A stretch of DNA of 64,000 bases, from positions 21,835 through 85,834 of the forward strand of contig DASVDV010000015.1 of the NCBI GenBank assembly GCA_036380895.1. The letters are read 5' to 3'. Shown one piece after another: positions 8,971 to 18,896 of this stretch; the stretch's first letter is position 1, and every line of letters begins with the position of its first letter. The position numbers and the translations under genes are program-made. This stretch comes from Gaiellaceae bacterium (lineage in GTDB: Bacteria > Actinomycetota > Thermoleophilia > Gaiellales > Gaiellaceae). The notes under the pieces are model-generated. The model made no database searches, was not told the origin of the DNA, and was given only the letters and a program-made list of their open reading frames with translations.

Positions 8971-9732
8971 ATGAAGATCGCGGTGTGCGTCAAGGCCGTC
9001 CCCGACGCGTCGGGCGGGCGGCGTCTCGACCCGGGCACGAAGCGGCTCGACCGCTCCGGCGAGCCGGCGCTGTCGGATTACGACACGCATCCCGTGGAGG
9101 AGGCGCTCAAGCTGAAGGAGGCGGCCGGCGACGGCGAGGTGGTGGTCGTCTCGATGGGGCCGGCGCGCGCGCTCGACGCGCTGCGCAAGGCGCTCGCGAT
9201 GGGAGCCGACCGGGCGGTGCTCGTGTCCGACGACGCGCTCGCCGGGTCCGACCTGCTCGGCACGGCGAAGGCGCTGGCCGGTGCGCTCGAGCGGGAGTCC
9301 GCGGATCTCATCCTCTTCGGCCAGCAGTCGGCGGACGGCGACGGCGCCTGCCTCTGGGCGGCCGTCGCCGAGCGGCTGCGGCAGCCGACGATCTCGCAGG
9401 TGAGCGAGCTGACCGTCGGGGACGGATCGATCACCGGTAAACGGCAGACCGAGTTCGGCTACGACACGATCCGCGCGCCGCTGCCGGCGGTCGTCGCGGT
9501 GGCCGACTCGATCAACACGCCGCGCTACCCCTCGCTGAAGGGGATCATGGGCGCGAAGAAGAAGCCGCAGGACACGCTGAGCGCGGCCGACGTCGGCGGC
9601 GCGGCCGGGGCGCGCACCGAGGTGCGGGCGCTGAACCCGCCGCCCGCGCGCGCCGAGGCGCGCCGGATCGAGGACGACGGCGACGCGGCCGCGCAGATCG
9701 TCGAGTTCCTGGTGGAGAAGCGGCTCGTCTGA
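8971..9732 (+). CDS. etfB: Electron transfer flavoprotein beta subunit
   Basis: MKIAVCVKAVPD... N-terminus and typical EtfB length. Confidence 0.92.
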   Translation: MKIAVCVKAVPDASGGRRLDPGTKRLDRSGEPALSDYDTHPVEEALKLKEAAGDGEVVVVSMGPARALDALRKALAMGADRAVLVSDDALAGSDLLGTAKALAGALERESADLILFGQQSADGDGACLWAAVAERLRQPTISQVSELTVGDGSITGKRQTEFGYDTIRAPLPAVVAVADSINTPRYPSLKGIMGAKKKPQDTLSAADVGGAAGARTEVRALNPPPARAEARRIEDDGDAAAQIVEFLVEKRLV

Positions 9733-10691
9733 TGAAGACGCTCGTCTTCCTCGAGCACCACGAGGGCGCCGTGCAGAAGGGCTCGCTGGGCGTGCTCGCG
9801 AAGGCGGTGCAGCTGGGCGGAGAGGTGCACGGCGTGCTGACCGGCTCGGGCGTGCGCACGCTCGCGGAGCAGGCGGGCGAGCACGGCGCCGCGACGGTGT
9901 GGGTGGCCGACGACGAGCGGCTGGCGGCGCCGCTGCCGCAGCCTCGGGTCGACGTGCTGGCGAAGCTGGTGCGCGACGAGAGCTTCGACACGGTGCTGTT
10001 CGCGCAGTCGGTGCTGGCAGCCGACGTGGCGGCGGCACTGGCCGCGCGGCTCGACGCGGGCCTGAACTGGGATCTCGTCGATCTGGTCGAGGAGGGCGGC
10101 GCGCTCGTCGGCAAGCGGCCGGCGCTCGCCGACTCCGTCTACGTCGACGCCGGCTGGACGTCGGAGCCGCGGCTCGCGCTCTTCCGCTCCGGTTCGTTCG
10201 ACGCGGCGCCGACCGGGGGCAGCGCGGAGGTTCGCGACGCCGCGGTCGAGCTGGAGGACTTCTCGCTGCGCGCCGAGATGGTCGAGCAGGCGCACGCCGA
10301 GCAGCAGGGCCCGTCGATCGAGGACGCCGACGTGATCGTCGCCGGCGGTCGCGGGCTCGGCGAGCCGGAGAACTTCAAGCTCTGCGAGGAGCTCGCGCAG
10401 GCGCTCGGCGGCGCCGTCGCCGCGACCCGCGCGGTCGTCGACGCCGGCTGGTACCCGTACTCGACGCAGGTCGGTCAGACGGGGAAGACCGTGTCGCCGA
10501 AGCTGTACGTCGCCGTCGGCATCTCGGGGGCGATCCAGCACAAGGTGGGGATGCAAGGCTCCGGCACGATCGTGGCGGTCAACAAGGATCCGAACGCGCC
10601 GATCTTCGAGTTCGCCGACCTCGGGGTGGTCGGCGACCTGCACCAGATCGTCCCGAAGCTCACCGAGCTCGTCCGCGCGCGGCGGTCGTGA
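9732..10691 (+). CDS. etfA: Electron transfer flavoprotein alpha subunit
   Basis: C-terminal FAD-binding signature PKLYVAVGISGAIQHKVGMQGSGTIVAVNKDPNAPIF. 1-nt overlap with the etfB stop. Confidence 0.92.
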   Translation: MKTLVFLEHHEGAVQKGSLGVLAKAVQLGGEVHGVLTGSGVRTLAEQAGEHGAATVWVADDERLAAPLPQPRVDVLAKLVRDESFDTVLFAQSVLAADVAAALAARLDAGLNWDLVDLVEEGGALVGKRPALADSVYVDAGWTSEPRLALFRSGSFDAAPTGGSAEVRDAAVELEDFSLRAEMVEQAHAEQQGPSIEDADVIVAGGRGLGEPENFKLCEELAQALGGAVAATRAVVDAGWYPYSTQVGQTGKTVSPKLYVAVGISGAIQHKVGMQGSGTIVAVNKDPNAPIFEFADLGVVGDLHQIVPKLTELVRARRS

Positions 10692-12382
10692 GCATTCGTC
10701 CCTCCGATTTTCCGCCTCCCTTCGCGGCCTCGGAGGTGCTGGGGCCTCCCACCGATCCGCCGGACGAGCGGATCGAGGTGGGCTTCCTGATCGTCGGCGC
10801 CGGGCCGGCGGGGCTCGCGGCGGCGATCCGGCTCGGCCAGCTGATGGAGGAGCAGCCGGCGGTCGCCGAGCGGCTCGGCGACGTGCCGGTGGCGGTGCTC
10901 GAGAAGGGGAAGGCGCCCGGCGCGCACCTGCTCTCGGGCGCGGTGGTGAACCCGCGCGGGTTGCAACGGCTCTTCCGCGGGCGGAAGTCGCTCGGCGACA
11001 TGCCGTTCCTCGGCGAGGTCGAGGCGGAGTCGGTGCTGTTCCTGACGAAGCGGAAGGCGCTGCGGATCCCGACGCCGCCGACGATGCGGAACGGGCGCAA
11101 CCAGGTGGTCTCGCTCTCGCAGTTCGGCCGCTGGCTGGCCGAGGAGGCGGAGGGGCTGGGCGTGACGATCCTGCCGGAGACGAGCGCGCAGAGGCTGCTC
11201 GTCGACGGCGGCCGCACGCTCGGCGTGCGCACCGGCGACCGCGGGCGCGGCCGCGACGGCGAGAAGCTCGCGAACTTCGAGCCGGGCTCGGACATCACCG
11301 CGCGGGTGACGATCCTCGCCGAGGGGACGCAGGGCCATCTGACGGGCGCGGCGCTCGAGGGGCTGGGGCTGCGCGGCGAGAACCCGCAGGTGTGGGCGCT
11401 CGGCGTGAAGGAGGTCTGGAAGGTCGCACGTCCGCTCGACCGGGTGATCCACACGATGGGCTGGCCGCTGCGGCCGGGGCGGCGCTACCGCGAGTTCGGC
11501 GGTTCGTTCATCTACCCGATGGGCGACGACATGGTGACGATCGGCCTGGTCGTGGGGCTCGACTACCGCGACGCGGAGCTGTCGGTGCACGACCTGCTGC
11601 AGGAGCTGAAGACGCATCCGCGGATCCGTCGGATCCTGGAGGGCGGCGAGCGGGTGCAGTGGGGCGCGAAGACGATTCCGGAGGGCGGGTTCGTCGGGCT
11701 GCCGCGGCGGTTCCACGCGCCCGGGCTGCTGCTCTGCGGCGACGGCGTCGGGCTCGTGAACGTGCCGGCGCTGAAGGGCATCCACTACGCGATCGAGTCG
11801 GGGCGGCTGGCGGCCGAGGCGGCGTGGCGGACGCTGGAGCGCGGGGCGCGGGCGGATACGGCGCTCGCGACGTACGACGCGTCGCTGCGGGAGTCGTTCG
11901 TGTGGCGCGACCTGCAGGAGGTGCGCAACATGCGCCAGGCGTTCGGGAGCGGGTTCTGGCTGGGCGGGGCGCTGGCGGGGGCGATGACGGCGACGAAGGG
12001 GCGGTTCCCGCCGGGCGACGCGCGCACGGAGCGCGACGCCGAGCAGACCTTGATCACGACCGACCGGGCCGCGTCGTATCCGGCGCCGGACGGCTCGCTC
12101 ACCTTCGACAAGCTCTCGAGCGTGTTCGCGTCGGGCAACCGCACGCGGGACGACCAGCCGAGCCACATCCGCATCCGGGAGCGGGTGCCGCGCGAGGTGG
12201 CGGAGCTGTGGGCGAGGATGTGCCCGGCGCAGGTGTACGAGGTCGGCGAGGCCGACGGCGACGGCACGGTGCGCGTCCACGTCGCCCCGTCGAACTGCGT
12301 CCAGTGCGGCGCCATCACCGCCAAGGGCGGCCGTCTCACACCCCCCGAGGGCGGCAGCGGCCCGGAATACACACTCACGTAG
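10688..12382 (+). CDS. Electron-transfer-flavoprotein:quinone oxidoreductase (ETF-QO)
   Basis: ORF 9899..12382 trimmed to the GTG at 10688 (GTGA overlap with etfA). FAD motif VGAGPAGLAAAIRL and a C-terminal 4Fe-4S segment CPAQVYE...SNCVQCGAITAKGGRLTPPEGGSGPEY. Confidence 0.9.
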   Translation: MSIRPSDFPPPFAASEVLGPPTDPPDERIEVGFLIVGAGPAGLAAAIRLGQLMEEQPAVAERLGDVPVAVLEKGKAPGAHLLSGAVVNPRGLQRLFRGRKSLGDMPFLGEVEAESVLFLTKRKALRIPTPPTMRNGRNQVVSLSQFGRWLAEEAEGLGVTILPETSAQRLLVDGGRTLGVRTGDRGRGRDGEKLANFEPGSDITARVTILAEGTQGHLTGAALEGLGLRGENPQVWALGVKEVWKVARPLDRVIHTMGWPLRPGRRYREFGGSFIYPMGDDMVTIGLVVGLDYRDAELSVHDLLQELKTHPRIRRILEGGERVQWGAKTIPEGGFVGLPRRFHAPGLLLCGDGVGLVNVPALKGIHYAIESGRLAAEAAWRTLERGARADTALATYDASLRESFVWRDLQEVRNMRQAFGSGFWLGGALAGAMTATKGRFPPGDARTERDAEQTLITTDRAASYPAPDGSLTFDKLSSVFASGNRTRDDQPSHIRIRERVPREVAELWARMCPAQVYEVGEADGDGTVRVHVAPSNCVQCGAITAKGGRLTPPEGGSGPEYTLT

Positions 12383-12968
12383 CGATCTCGACCCACTTCG
12401 TTTTCGTCGGCTGCCGCGGGACGAGTCCGGCGTGGACGAAGCGTCGGAAGGCGTGTCTCGCCGCGACGACGTGCGGCCGATTGAAGAGGCCGAGCGCATG
12501 CTCGAGGTCCAGGCATGCGATCGGATGGTCGAGGCCGGCACAGGCGCGATAGCTGCTCCAGCGCCAATCCGCCGGGCTCCCCGCGATGCCGGCCCGCACC
12601 GGGTTGAGGACGGTGTAGCGGATCGACTCCAGGAGATATCCCTCGCTCTCGATCATCCCGTCCCAGTAGCGTCGCCCGAAGAGATGGTTGCGGCGCCCGT
12701 GTCGAGCGTTGAACTCACGCGCGTAGCCGCCGTTGAGCTCGCAGAAGCCCCGCGCCATCCCCGCCTCGCCGATCCGCATGACGAGGTGGTAATGGGTCGT
12801 CATCAGGCAGTACGCCACGATGCTCCAGCCGTACCTGTCTGCGATGCCGTTCAGCATGAGGATGAACACGAGTCGGTCATCGTCGTCTTCGAAGATGTCG
12901 CACCTGTTGTTCCCTCGCGTGCCCAGGTGGTAGTAGGCGCCGGCGATCTCGATGCGCGGCTTGTTCAC
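12375..12968 (-). CDS. IS200/RayT-like Y1 (HUH) transposase, solitary copy
   Basis: C-terminal part of ORF 12375..13382. The likely GTG start at 12968 gives VNKPRIEIAGAYYHLGTRGNNRCDIF...AYCLMTTHYHLVMR...RYTVLNPVRAG...WRWSSY, which contains the HUH (HYH) and Tyr motifs. No TnpB partner. The last 8 nt overlap the ETF-QO stop region convergently. The start codon is uncertain. Confidence 0.75.
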   Translation of the reverse strand: MNKPRIEIAGAYYHLGTRGNNRCDIFEDDDDRLVFILMLNGIADRYGWSIVAYCLMTTHYHLVMRIGEAGMARGFCELNGGYAREFNARHGRRNHLFGRRYWDGMIESEGYLLESIRYTVLNPVRAGIAGSPADWRWSSYRACAGLDHPIACLDLEHALGLFNRPHVVAARHAFRRFVHAGLVPRQPTKTKWVEIAT

Positions 12969-13009
12969 GGGAACATCGTGCGTGTCGGTCGCCGGCAACC
13001 GCTGCGTCC

Positions 13010-13041
13010 GGAAGTGGTGTTCACACACTTTTTCCACTTCC
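13010..13041. other. 8-bp perfect stem (GGAAGTGG / CCACTTCC) with a 16-nt AT-rich loop, upstream of the Y1 transposase
   Basis: ggaagtgg at 13010-13017 pairs with ccacttcc at 13034-13041. It lies 42-73 nt upstream of the proposed transposase start in a locally AT-rich patch. Confidence 0.5.
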
Positions 13042-13161
13042 GTTCGCGTTCCGCGATGGCGGCAGCCGACGGACACGGCCGACGGAGACAGTCGCCAGAC
13101 GGGCTGCCGCGTCCCGATCGGCGGTCGGGGCGGCTCCTCCTCGGCCGGTAGGGTCGCACGG

Positions 13162-13893
13162 TTGATCACCTCCGTCGACAACCCGCGGGTGAAGGACGTG
13201 CTCCGCCTCCGGCGTTCCCGGGAGCGGCGCGCACGCGGGTTGTTTCTCGCCGAAGGGCGGCGAGAGGTCGAGCGCGCGCTCGCGGCCGGGCTCGCCGTTC
13301 GCTCCACGTATGTCGCGCCCGAGTTGATCCCCGACTGGCCGCACCCCGCCGAGGACGTGAGCGCCCGCGTCCTCGCCCGCATGAGCTACCGCGACGAGCC
13401 CGAGGGCGTGCTCGCCGTCGTCGAGGCGCCGACGCGCACCATCCCGGCCGACGCGACGCTCGTCCTCGTCGCCGTCGGGATCGAGAAGCCCGGCAACCTC
13501 GGCGCGATGGCCCGCACCGCCGACGCGGCCGGCGCGGACGCGCTCGTCGTCGCCGACGCCGCCTCCGACCCCTGGAACCCGAACGCGATCCGCAGCTCGA
13601 CCGGCGCCGTCTTCAGCCTGCCCGTCGTCCACGCCACCCTCGAGGACGTCTGCGCCCTCCCGCTGACGAAGATCGCCGCCGTGCTCGGAGCGCCGACGAC
13701 GCACGCCGCCGCCGACCTGACGACGCCGACCGCGCTCATCGTCGGCCCGGAGGACACCGGCCTCGTCGCCGCGTGGCGACAGGCCGCCGACCTCCACGTC
13801 TCGATCCCGATGCGCGGCCGCACCGCCGACAGCCTCAACGCCGCCACCGCCGCGGCGATCCTCCTCTACGAGGCGGTTCGCCAGCGTGGCTGA
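13162..13893 (+). CDS. TrmH/SpoU-family RNA 2'-O-methyltransferase
   Basis: ORF 12952..13893. The conserved part starts at ITSVDNPRVKDV. SpoU motifs GIEKPGNLGAMARTADAAG, IVGPEDTGL and SLNAATAAAILLYE. The TTG at 13162 is preceded by TAGGGT at 7 nt. The start is uncertain. Confidence 0.85.
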   Translation: MITSVDNPRVKDVLRLRRSRERRARGLFLAEGRREVERALAAGLAVRSTYVAPELIPDWPHPAEDVSARVLARMSYRDEPEGVLAVVEAPTRTIPADATLVLVAVGIEKPGNLGAMARTADAAGADALVVADAASDPWNPNAIRSSTGAVFSLPVVHATLEDVCALPLTKIAAVLGAPTTHAAADLTTPTALIVGPEDTGLVAAWRQAADLHVSIPMRGRTADSLNAATAAAILLYEAVRQRG

Positions 13894-14806
13894 GCCGACC
13901 CGCGCCGACGTCGAGCGCGCGCGCGCCACGATCGGCGACCGCCTGCCCCGGACGCCGATGCTGGCGAGCCGCACCCTGCGCGCCCGCCTGAAGGCGGAGC
14001 TCTTCCAACGCACCGGCTCCTTCAAGGCGCGCGGCGCGCTGAACAAGCTGTCGCACCTGACCGCCGAGGAAAAGACCCGCGGCGTGATCGCGATCAGCGC
14101 CGGCAACCACGCCCAGGCGGTCGCCTACGCGGCCGCCGAGGAGGGCGTCGACGCGCTCGTGGTGATGTGGCAGGGCGCCTCGGCCCAGAAGATCGCCGCC
14201 ACCCGCGGCTACGGCGCCGCCGTCGACCTGGAGGCGGCCGACCCGACGGAGGCGTTCGAGCGCCTCGACCGGCTGCTCGCCGAGACCGGCCGCACGCTCG
14301 TGCACCCCTTCGACGACCCGCTCGTGATCGCCGGCGCCGGCACCGTCGGGCTCGAGATCGCCGAGCAGGCGCCCGACGCCGACGTCGTGATCGTCCCGGT
14401 CGGCGGCGGTGGCCTCGCCTCCGGTATCCAGACCGCGATCGGCGACCGGATGCGCGTCGTCGTGGTCGAACCGGCGACGAGCACCGCGCTCCACTCCGGC
14501 CTCGAGCGCGGCGAGCCGACCCCTGTGACGCCGGCGAGCGTCGCCGACGGGCTGAACGCGCCGTTCGCCGGTGAGCTGCCGCTCGCGATCCTGCGCGACG
14601 TGGAGCGAGTGCTGGTCTCCGAGGAGGAGATCGAGAACGCGTTCCGGCTCCTCTACGAGCGCGCGAAACTGGCCTGCGAGCCGGCCGGAGCGGCTGCCGC
14701 GGCGGCCTGGCTGAGCGGCCGGATCGAGGCCCAGAACCCCGTTCTCGTCGTCAGCGGAGGCAACGTGGCCACCCGGACGGCCTCTGCTATCCTGGCGCGG
14801 CCATGA
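13886..14806 (+). CDS. PLP-dependent threonine/serine dehydratase family enzyme
   Basis: PLP-lysine motif [11 protein letters not shown], plus [13 protein letters not shown] and VPVGGGGL. 306 aa with no ACT domain. Confidence 0.85.
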   Translation: MAEPTRADVERARATIGDRLPRTPMLASRTLRARLKAELFQRTGSFKARGALNKLSHLTAEEKTRGVIAISAGNHAQAVAYAAAEEGVDALVVMWQGASAQKIAATRGYGAAVDLEAADPTEAFERLDRLLAETGRTLVHPFDDPLVIAGAGTVGLEIAEQAPDADVVIVPVGGGGLASGIQTAIGDRMRVVVVEPATSTALHSGLERGEPTPVTPASVADGLNAPFAGELPLAILRDVERVLVSEEEIENAFRLLYERAKLACEPAGAAAAAAWLSGRIEAQNPVLVVSGGNVATRTASAILARP

Positions 14807-15021
14807 AGGCCGAGATCCATCCCGAGTACCAGCTGACGACCGTCCACTGCGGTTGCGGCAACACGTTCGTGACGCGCTCCACGAAGCCGGAGCTTCACGT
14901 CGAGATCTGCTCCGCCTGCCACCCGTTCTACACCGGCAAGCAGAAGCTGCTCGACACCGGCGGTCGGGTCGAGCGCTTCCAGCGGCGGCTCGAGAAGGCC
15001 GGCCGGGCCCGCACGAGCTGA
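14803..15021 (+). CDS. rpmE: 50S ribosomal protein L31 (Zn-ribbon type)
   Basis: MKAEIHPEY...VHCGCGNTF...[17 protein letters not shown] overlap with the upstream gene. Confidence 0.95.
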   Translation: MKAEIHPEYQLTTVHCGCGNTFVTRSTKPELHVEICSACHPFYTGKQKLLDTGGRVERFQRRLEKAGRARTS

Positions 15022-15032
15022 GGATCGGGGCC

Positions 15033-15950
15033 ATGTCGTCCTCGGCTGTGGGCGGTCAGGCGGTCCTCGAAGGCGTGATGATGCGGGGCCCGCGCAACTG
15101 GGCCGTCGCCGTGCGCACCCCGGACGGGGAGATCGCGCACGTCAGCCGCGGCATCGAGCCGCTCGCGATGCGCCACGTGCTGCTGCGGCTGCCGATCGTG
15201 CGCGGCGTCGTGGCGCTCGGCGAGAGCCTCGCGATCGGCTTCCGCGCGCTCAGCGTCTCGGCGCAGTACGCCGCCGCCGAGGAGGAGATGGGCGACGAGG
15301 AGCCGGCGGAGATCGGCCGCTGGGCGATCGTCTTCGCCTTCCTCGTCGCGATCGGCTTCGCGCTGATGCTCTTCAAGGTCGGACCGGCGCTGCTCGCCGA
15401 CTCGCTGCCGATCTCGAACGGCTTCTGGTTCGTGCTCGTCGAGGGCGTGATCCGCGTCACCGTCTTCGTCGCGTACCTGACCGCCCTCAGCTTCATCCCC
15501 TCCCTGAAGCGGGTCTTCCAGTACCACGCCGCCGAGCACAAGGCGATCAACGCCTACGAGGCCGACGAGGAGCTGACCCCCGAGACGGCCCAGCGCTACT
15601 CGCTGATCCACCCGCGCTGCGGCACCGCGTTCCTGCTCTGGGTGATGGTGCTGAGCGTGTTCGTGTACGCGTTCTTCGGCCGGCTGCCGTGGTACTGGCT
15701 GATCGTGAGCCGCGTCGGCCTGCTGCTGCCGATCGCCGGCCTCGCCTACGAGCTGATCCGCTACGCCGGCAAGCACACAGGAAACCGCGTGCTGATGACG
15801 CTGCTCGCGCCCGGCCTGTGGCTGCAGCGGCTGACCACGCGCGAGCCGACCCTCGACCAGCTCGAGGTGTCCATCCGCGCGCTGCGGGAAGTTCTGGAGC
15901 TCGAAGGGCGTTTCAATCCGGCAGATCGACGAGTGGAGGTGATGGCGTAG
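15033..15950 (+). CDS. DUF1385 (YqhQ-like) membrane protein
   Basis: ORF 14853..15950 trimmed to the ATG at 15033. GGQAVLEGVMMRG N-terminus and HAAEHKAINAYE motif. Conserved position between rpmE and prfA. Confidence 0.8.
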   Translation: MSSSAVGGQAVLEGVMMRGPRNWAVAVRTPDGEIAHVSRGIEPLAMRHVLLRLPIVRGVVALGESLAIGFRALSVSAQYAAAEEEMGDEEPAEIGRWAIVFAFLVAIGFALMLFKVGPALLADSLPISNGFWFVLVEGVIRVTVFVAYLTALSFIPSLKRVFQYHAAEHKAINAYEADEELTPETAQRYSLIHPRCGTAFLLWVMVLSVFVYAFFGRLPWYWLIVSRVGLLLPIAGLAYELIRYAGKHTGNRVLMTLLAPGLWLQRLTTREPTLDQLEVSIRALREVLELEGRFNPADRRVEVMA

Positions 15951-16384
15951 TGGCGACCGACCGCAGAGCAGACGCCGTGTGGCAGGGCGACCTGATGAAC
16001 GGCAGCGGCACGATCGACTCGGTGACCAGCGGGGCGCTCGGCCCGCTCGACGTGTCGTGGCCGTCGCGCGCCGAGGAGCCGAACGGCCGCACGAGCCCGG
16101 AGGAGCTGATCGCCGCCGCATGGGCCTCCTGCTTCGCCATGGCGCTCTCCCACGGTCTCGCCCAGGCGGGCAACGCGCCCGAGAAGCTCGAGACGTCGGC
16201 CACCGTCACCTTCCAGCCGGGCACCGGGATCACGAAGGGCGCGCTCACCGTGCGCGGGACGGTTCCGGGGCTCGACGCCGACGGCTTCCGCCGGGCGGCC
16301 GAGGACGCGAAGGCGAACTGCCCGGTGTCGAAGGCGCTCTCGGGGATCCCCGAGGTGACGCTCGACGCAGCCCTCGCCGGCTGA
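15950..16384 (+). CDS. osmC: OsmC-family peroxiredoxin
   Basis: GTG at 15950. AVWQGDLMNGSGT...SPEELIAAAWASCFAMAL...NCPVSKAL carries the two conserved Cys. Confidence 0.85.
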   Translation: MATDRRADAVWQGDLMNGSGTIDSVTSGALGPLDVSWPSRAEEPNGRTSPEELIAAAWASCFAMALSHGLAQAGNAPEKLETSATVTFQPGTGITKGALTVRGTVPGLDADGFRRAAEDAKANCPVSKALSGIPEVTLDAALAG

Positions 16385-16401
16385 GCCGGGGCCCCGCCGA
16401 C

Positions 16402-16407
16402 TACCCT
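16402..16407 (+). promoter_or_regulatory. -10-like TACCCT 7 nt upstream of the prfA ATG (leaderless candidate)
   Basis: The heptamer CTACCCT also precedes the mutase large-subunit gene (4809-4815) and secA (53175-53181). Confidence 0.4.
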
Positions 16408-16414
16408 GGGCCGC

Positions 16415-17461
16415 ATGGCCGCCCTCGACGACCTCGTCAGCGAGCTCGAGCGCTCCTACGCCGAGACGCAGGAGCGGATGGCCGATCCGGCCGTCTACAA
16501 CGACCACCGTGAGGCGGCCGTCGCCGGCCGGCGTCTGAAGGAGCTCGAGACCCCGTACCGGCTCGCCCGGGACTGGCGCCAGGCGCGCGCCGACCTGGAG
16601 GCGGCTCGCGGCGACGCCGAGCTCGTCGACATGGTCCCCGACTACGAGGAGGAGGTCGCGCGGCTCGAGGAGGGGCTGAAGCTGGCGCTGGCCGAGCGCG
16701 ACCCGGCCGACGAGAAGGACGTGATCGTGGAGATCCGCGGCGGCGAGGGCGGCGAGGAGGGGAAGCTGTGGGCCGGCGACCTGGCGCGGCTGCTGCAGCG
16801 CTACGCCGAGCGCCGCGGCTTCCGCTGGGAGGAGCTCGAGGTCTCGCCGAGCGACGCGGGCGGCCTCAAGGAGGGCACCTTCGCGATCAAGGGCGAGGGC
16901 GCGTACTCCGTCTTCAAGTTCGAGGGCGGCACCCACCGCGTGCAGCGCGTCCCGGAGACCGAGTCGCAGGGACGCATCCACACCTCCACCGCCACCGTCG
17001 CCGTGATGCCGGAGGCCGAGGACGTCGACGTCGAGATCGACGAGAGCGATCTGAAGATCGACGTCTACCGCTCGTCGGGCCCCGGCGGACAGTCGGTGAA
17101 CACCACCGACTCGGCCGTCCGGATCACGCACCTGCCGACCGGGATCGTGGTCGCGATGCAGGACGAGCGCTCGCAGCTGCAGAACCGCGAGAAGGCGATG
17201 CGGGTGCTGCGGGCGCGCATCTACGAGGCCGAGCGCGAGCGGCAGGCCGCCGAGCAGGCGGCGGCCCGCAGCGCACAGGTCGGCACCGGCGCGCGCGCCG
17301 AGAAGATCCGCACCTACAACTATCCCGACAGCCGCGTCACGGACCATCGGGTCGGCGTGAAGATCCCGCTCGAGCAGGTGCTCGGCGGAGCGCTCGACGA
17401 GTTCACGGACGCGCTCACCGCCGACGAGCGCCGCCGCGCGCTCGAATCGGCGACCGTGTGA
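16415..17461 (+). CDS. prfA: Peptide chain release factor 1
   Basis: GGQ motif ([22 protein letters not shown]) and an RF1-type PxT tripeptide (PET). Confidence 0.95.
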   Translation: MAALDDLVSELERSYAETQERMADPAVYNDHREAAVAGRRLKELETPYRLARDWRQARADLEAARGDAELVDMVPDYEEEVARLEEGLKLALAERDPADEKDVIVEIRGGEGGEEGKLWAGDLARLLQRYAERRGFRWEELEVSPSDAGGLKEGTFAIKGEGAYSVFKFEGGTHRVQRVPETESQGRIHTSTATVAVMPEAEDVDVEIDESDLKIDVYRSSGPGGQSVNTTDSAVRITHLPTGIVVAMQDERSQLQNREKAMRVLRARIYEAERERQAAEQAAARSAQVGTGARAEKIRTYNYPDSRVTDHRVGVKIPLEQVLGGALDEFTDALTADERRRALESATV

Positions 17462-18282
17462 CGCTCCAGGAGGTTCTCCGCGCCGCGACCGACTACCTCG
17501 CCCGCAAGGGGGTCGAGAACGCGCGCCACGACGCCGAGCGGCTGCTCGCCCGCGCGCTCGACCTGACGCGCCTGCAGCTCTACACCGAGCACGACCGGCC
17601 GCTGACGGAGGCCGAGCGGGCGGCGGCGCGCGCGCTCGTCGAGCGGCGCGGCCGCCGCGAGCCGCTCGCGTACGTGCTCGGCGACTGGGACTTCCGTCAC
17701 CTCACGCTGCGCACCGACGCGCGTGCGCTCGTGCCGCGGCCCGAGACCGAGGCGGTGGTGGAACGCTGCCTCGAGCTGCTCTCCGGCCTCGAGGCTCCGC
17801 GCGTCGTCGACGTCGGCACCGGCACCGGGGCGATCGCGCTGGCGCTGAAGCAGGAGCGGCCCGACGCCCGGGTCACCGGCGCCGACGTCTCACCCGACGC
17901 GCTCGCCCTCGCGCGCGAGAACGCCGCCGCCTGCGAGCTCGAGGTCGAGCTGGTGGAGGCCGACCTGCTGGCCGGCATCGAAGGCCCGTTCGATCTCGTC
18001 GTCTCGAACCCGCCCTACGTGCTCGCCGGCGAGCTGGACGGGCTCGAGCCGGAGGTGCGCGACTGGGAGCCGCGCGGCGCGCTCCTCGACGAGGGCCAGA
18101 CCGAACGGCTGGCGCGGGAGGCGAAGGCGGTGCTCGCGGGCGCGCTCGTGCTCGAGGTGCACGCCGACCATGCCGAGCGTGCCTGCGCGCTGCTCGAGGC
18201 CGAGGGGTACGCGGACAGTAGGATCGCATGCGACCTGACAGGCAGGCCGCGAATCGTGGAGGGGCGATGGGGCAGCACGTAG
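17458..18282 (+). CDS. prmC: Release-factor glutamine N5-methyltransferase
   Basis: GTG at 17458 (GTGA overlap with prfA). VDVGTGTGAIAL SAM motif and NPPY catalytic motif. Confidence 0.9.
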   Translation: MTLQEVLRAATDYLARKGVENARHDAERLLARALDLTRLQLYTEHDRPLTEAERAAARALVERRGRREPLAYVLGDWDFRHLTLRTDARALVPRPETEAVVERCLELLSGLEAPRVVDVGTGTGAIALALKQERPDARVTGADVSPDALALARENAAACELEVELVEADLLAGIEGPFDLVVSNPPYVLAGELDGLEPEVRDWEPRGALLDEGQTERLAREAKAVLAGALVLEVHADHAERACALLEAEGYADSRIACDLTGRPRIVEGRWGST

Positions 18283-18875
18283 AGCAGGCGATCGACGCGT
18301 TGCGCCGCGGGCGCACCGCGCTGCTGCCGACCGACACGGTCTACGGCCTCTGCGCGTCGCCCTACCGCGAGGAGCCGGTCGCGCGGCTGTACCGGCTGAA
18401 GGGCCGCTACGAGGGGCAGCCGACGGCGCTGCTCGCGGCGAGCGTCGACATGCTGCTCGAGTGCGTGCCCGAGCTGCGCGGGCGCGCCGGGGTGATCGCG
18501 CGGGCGCTCCTGCCGGGGCCGTTCACGCTCGTGCTGCCGAACCCGGCCGCGCGCTTCCGCTGGCTCGCGGGGTCGCGCTCGCAGACGATCGGCGTGCGCG
18601 TGCCCGACCTGCCGCCGGAGGCACGGCGCGTCGTCGAGAGGCTCGGCGCCGTCGCCGCAACCAGCGCGAACGAGCCCGGCGGCCCCGATCCCGCCACGCT
18701 GGACGACGTGCCGGAACGCATCCGCACCGCGTGCGCGGCGATCGACGCCGGACGCCTTCCGGGCACCGCCTCGACGGTGATCGACTTCACCGACACGGAG
18801 CCGCGCGTGCTCCGCGAGGGCGCGGCGTCCTCGGCCGAGGCGCTTGCCCGGGTCGAGCAGGCCCTGTCGTCGTAG
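18267..18875 (+). CDS. tsaC: L-threonylcarbamoyladenylate synthase (Sua5/YwlC/TsaC family)
   Basis: ORF 18228 trimmed to the ATG at 18267. LLPTDTVYGLCA motif and ATSANEPG. Confidence 0.85.
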   Translation: MGQHVEQAIDALRRGRTALLPTDTVYGLCASPYREEPVARLYRLKGRYEGQPTALLAASVDMLLECVPELRGRAGVIARALLPGPFTLVLPNPAARFRWLAGSRSQTIGVRVPDLPPEARRVVERLGAVAATSANEPGGPDPATLDDVPERIRTACAAIDAGRLPGTASTVIDFTDTEPRVLREGAASSAEALARVEQALSS

Positions 18876-18883
18876 GACCCGGT

Positions 18884-18889
18884 TAGAGT
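18884..18889 (+). promoter_or_regulatory. -10-like TAGAGT 7 nt upstream of the glyA ATG at 18897 (leaderless candidate)
   Basis: No Shine-Dalgarno sequence fits between the tsaC stop (18875) and the ATG at 18897. Confidence 0.35.
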
Positions 18890-18896
18890 GGGCCCC

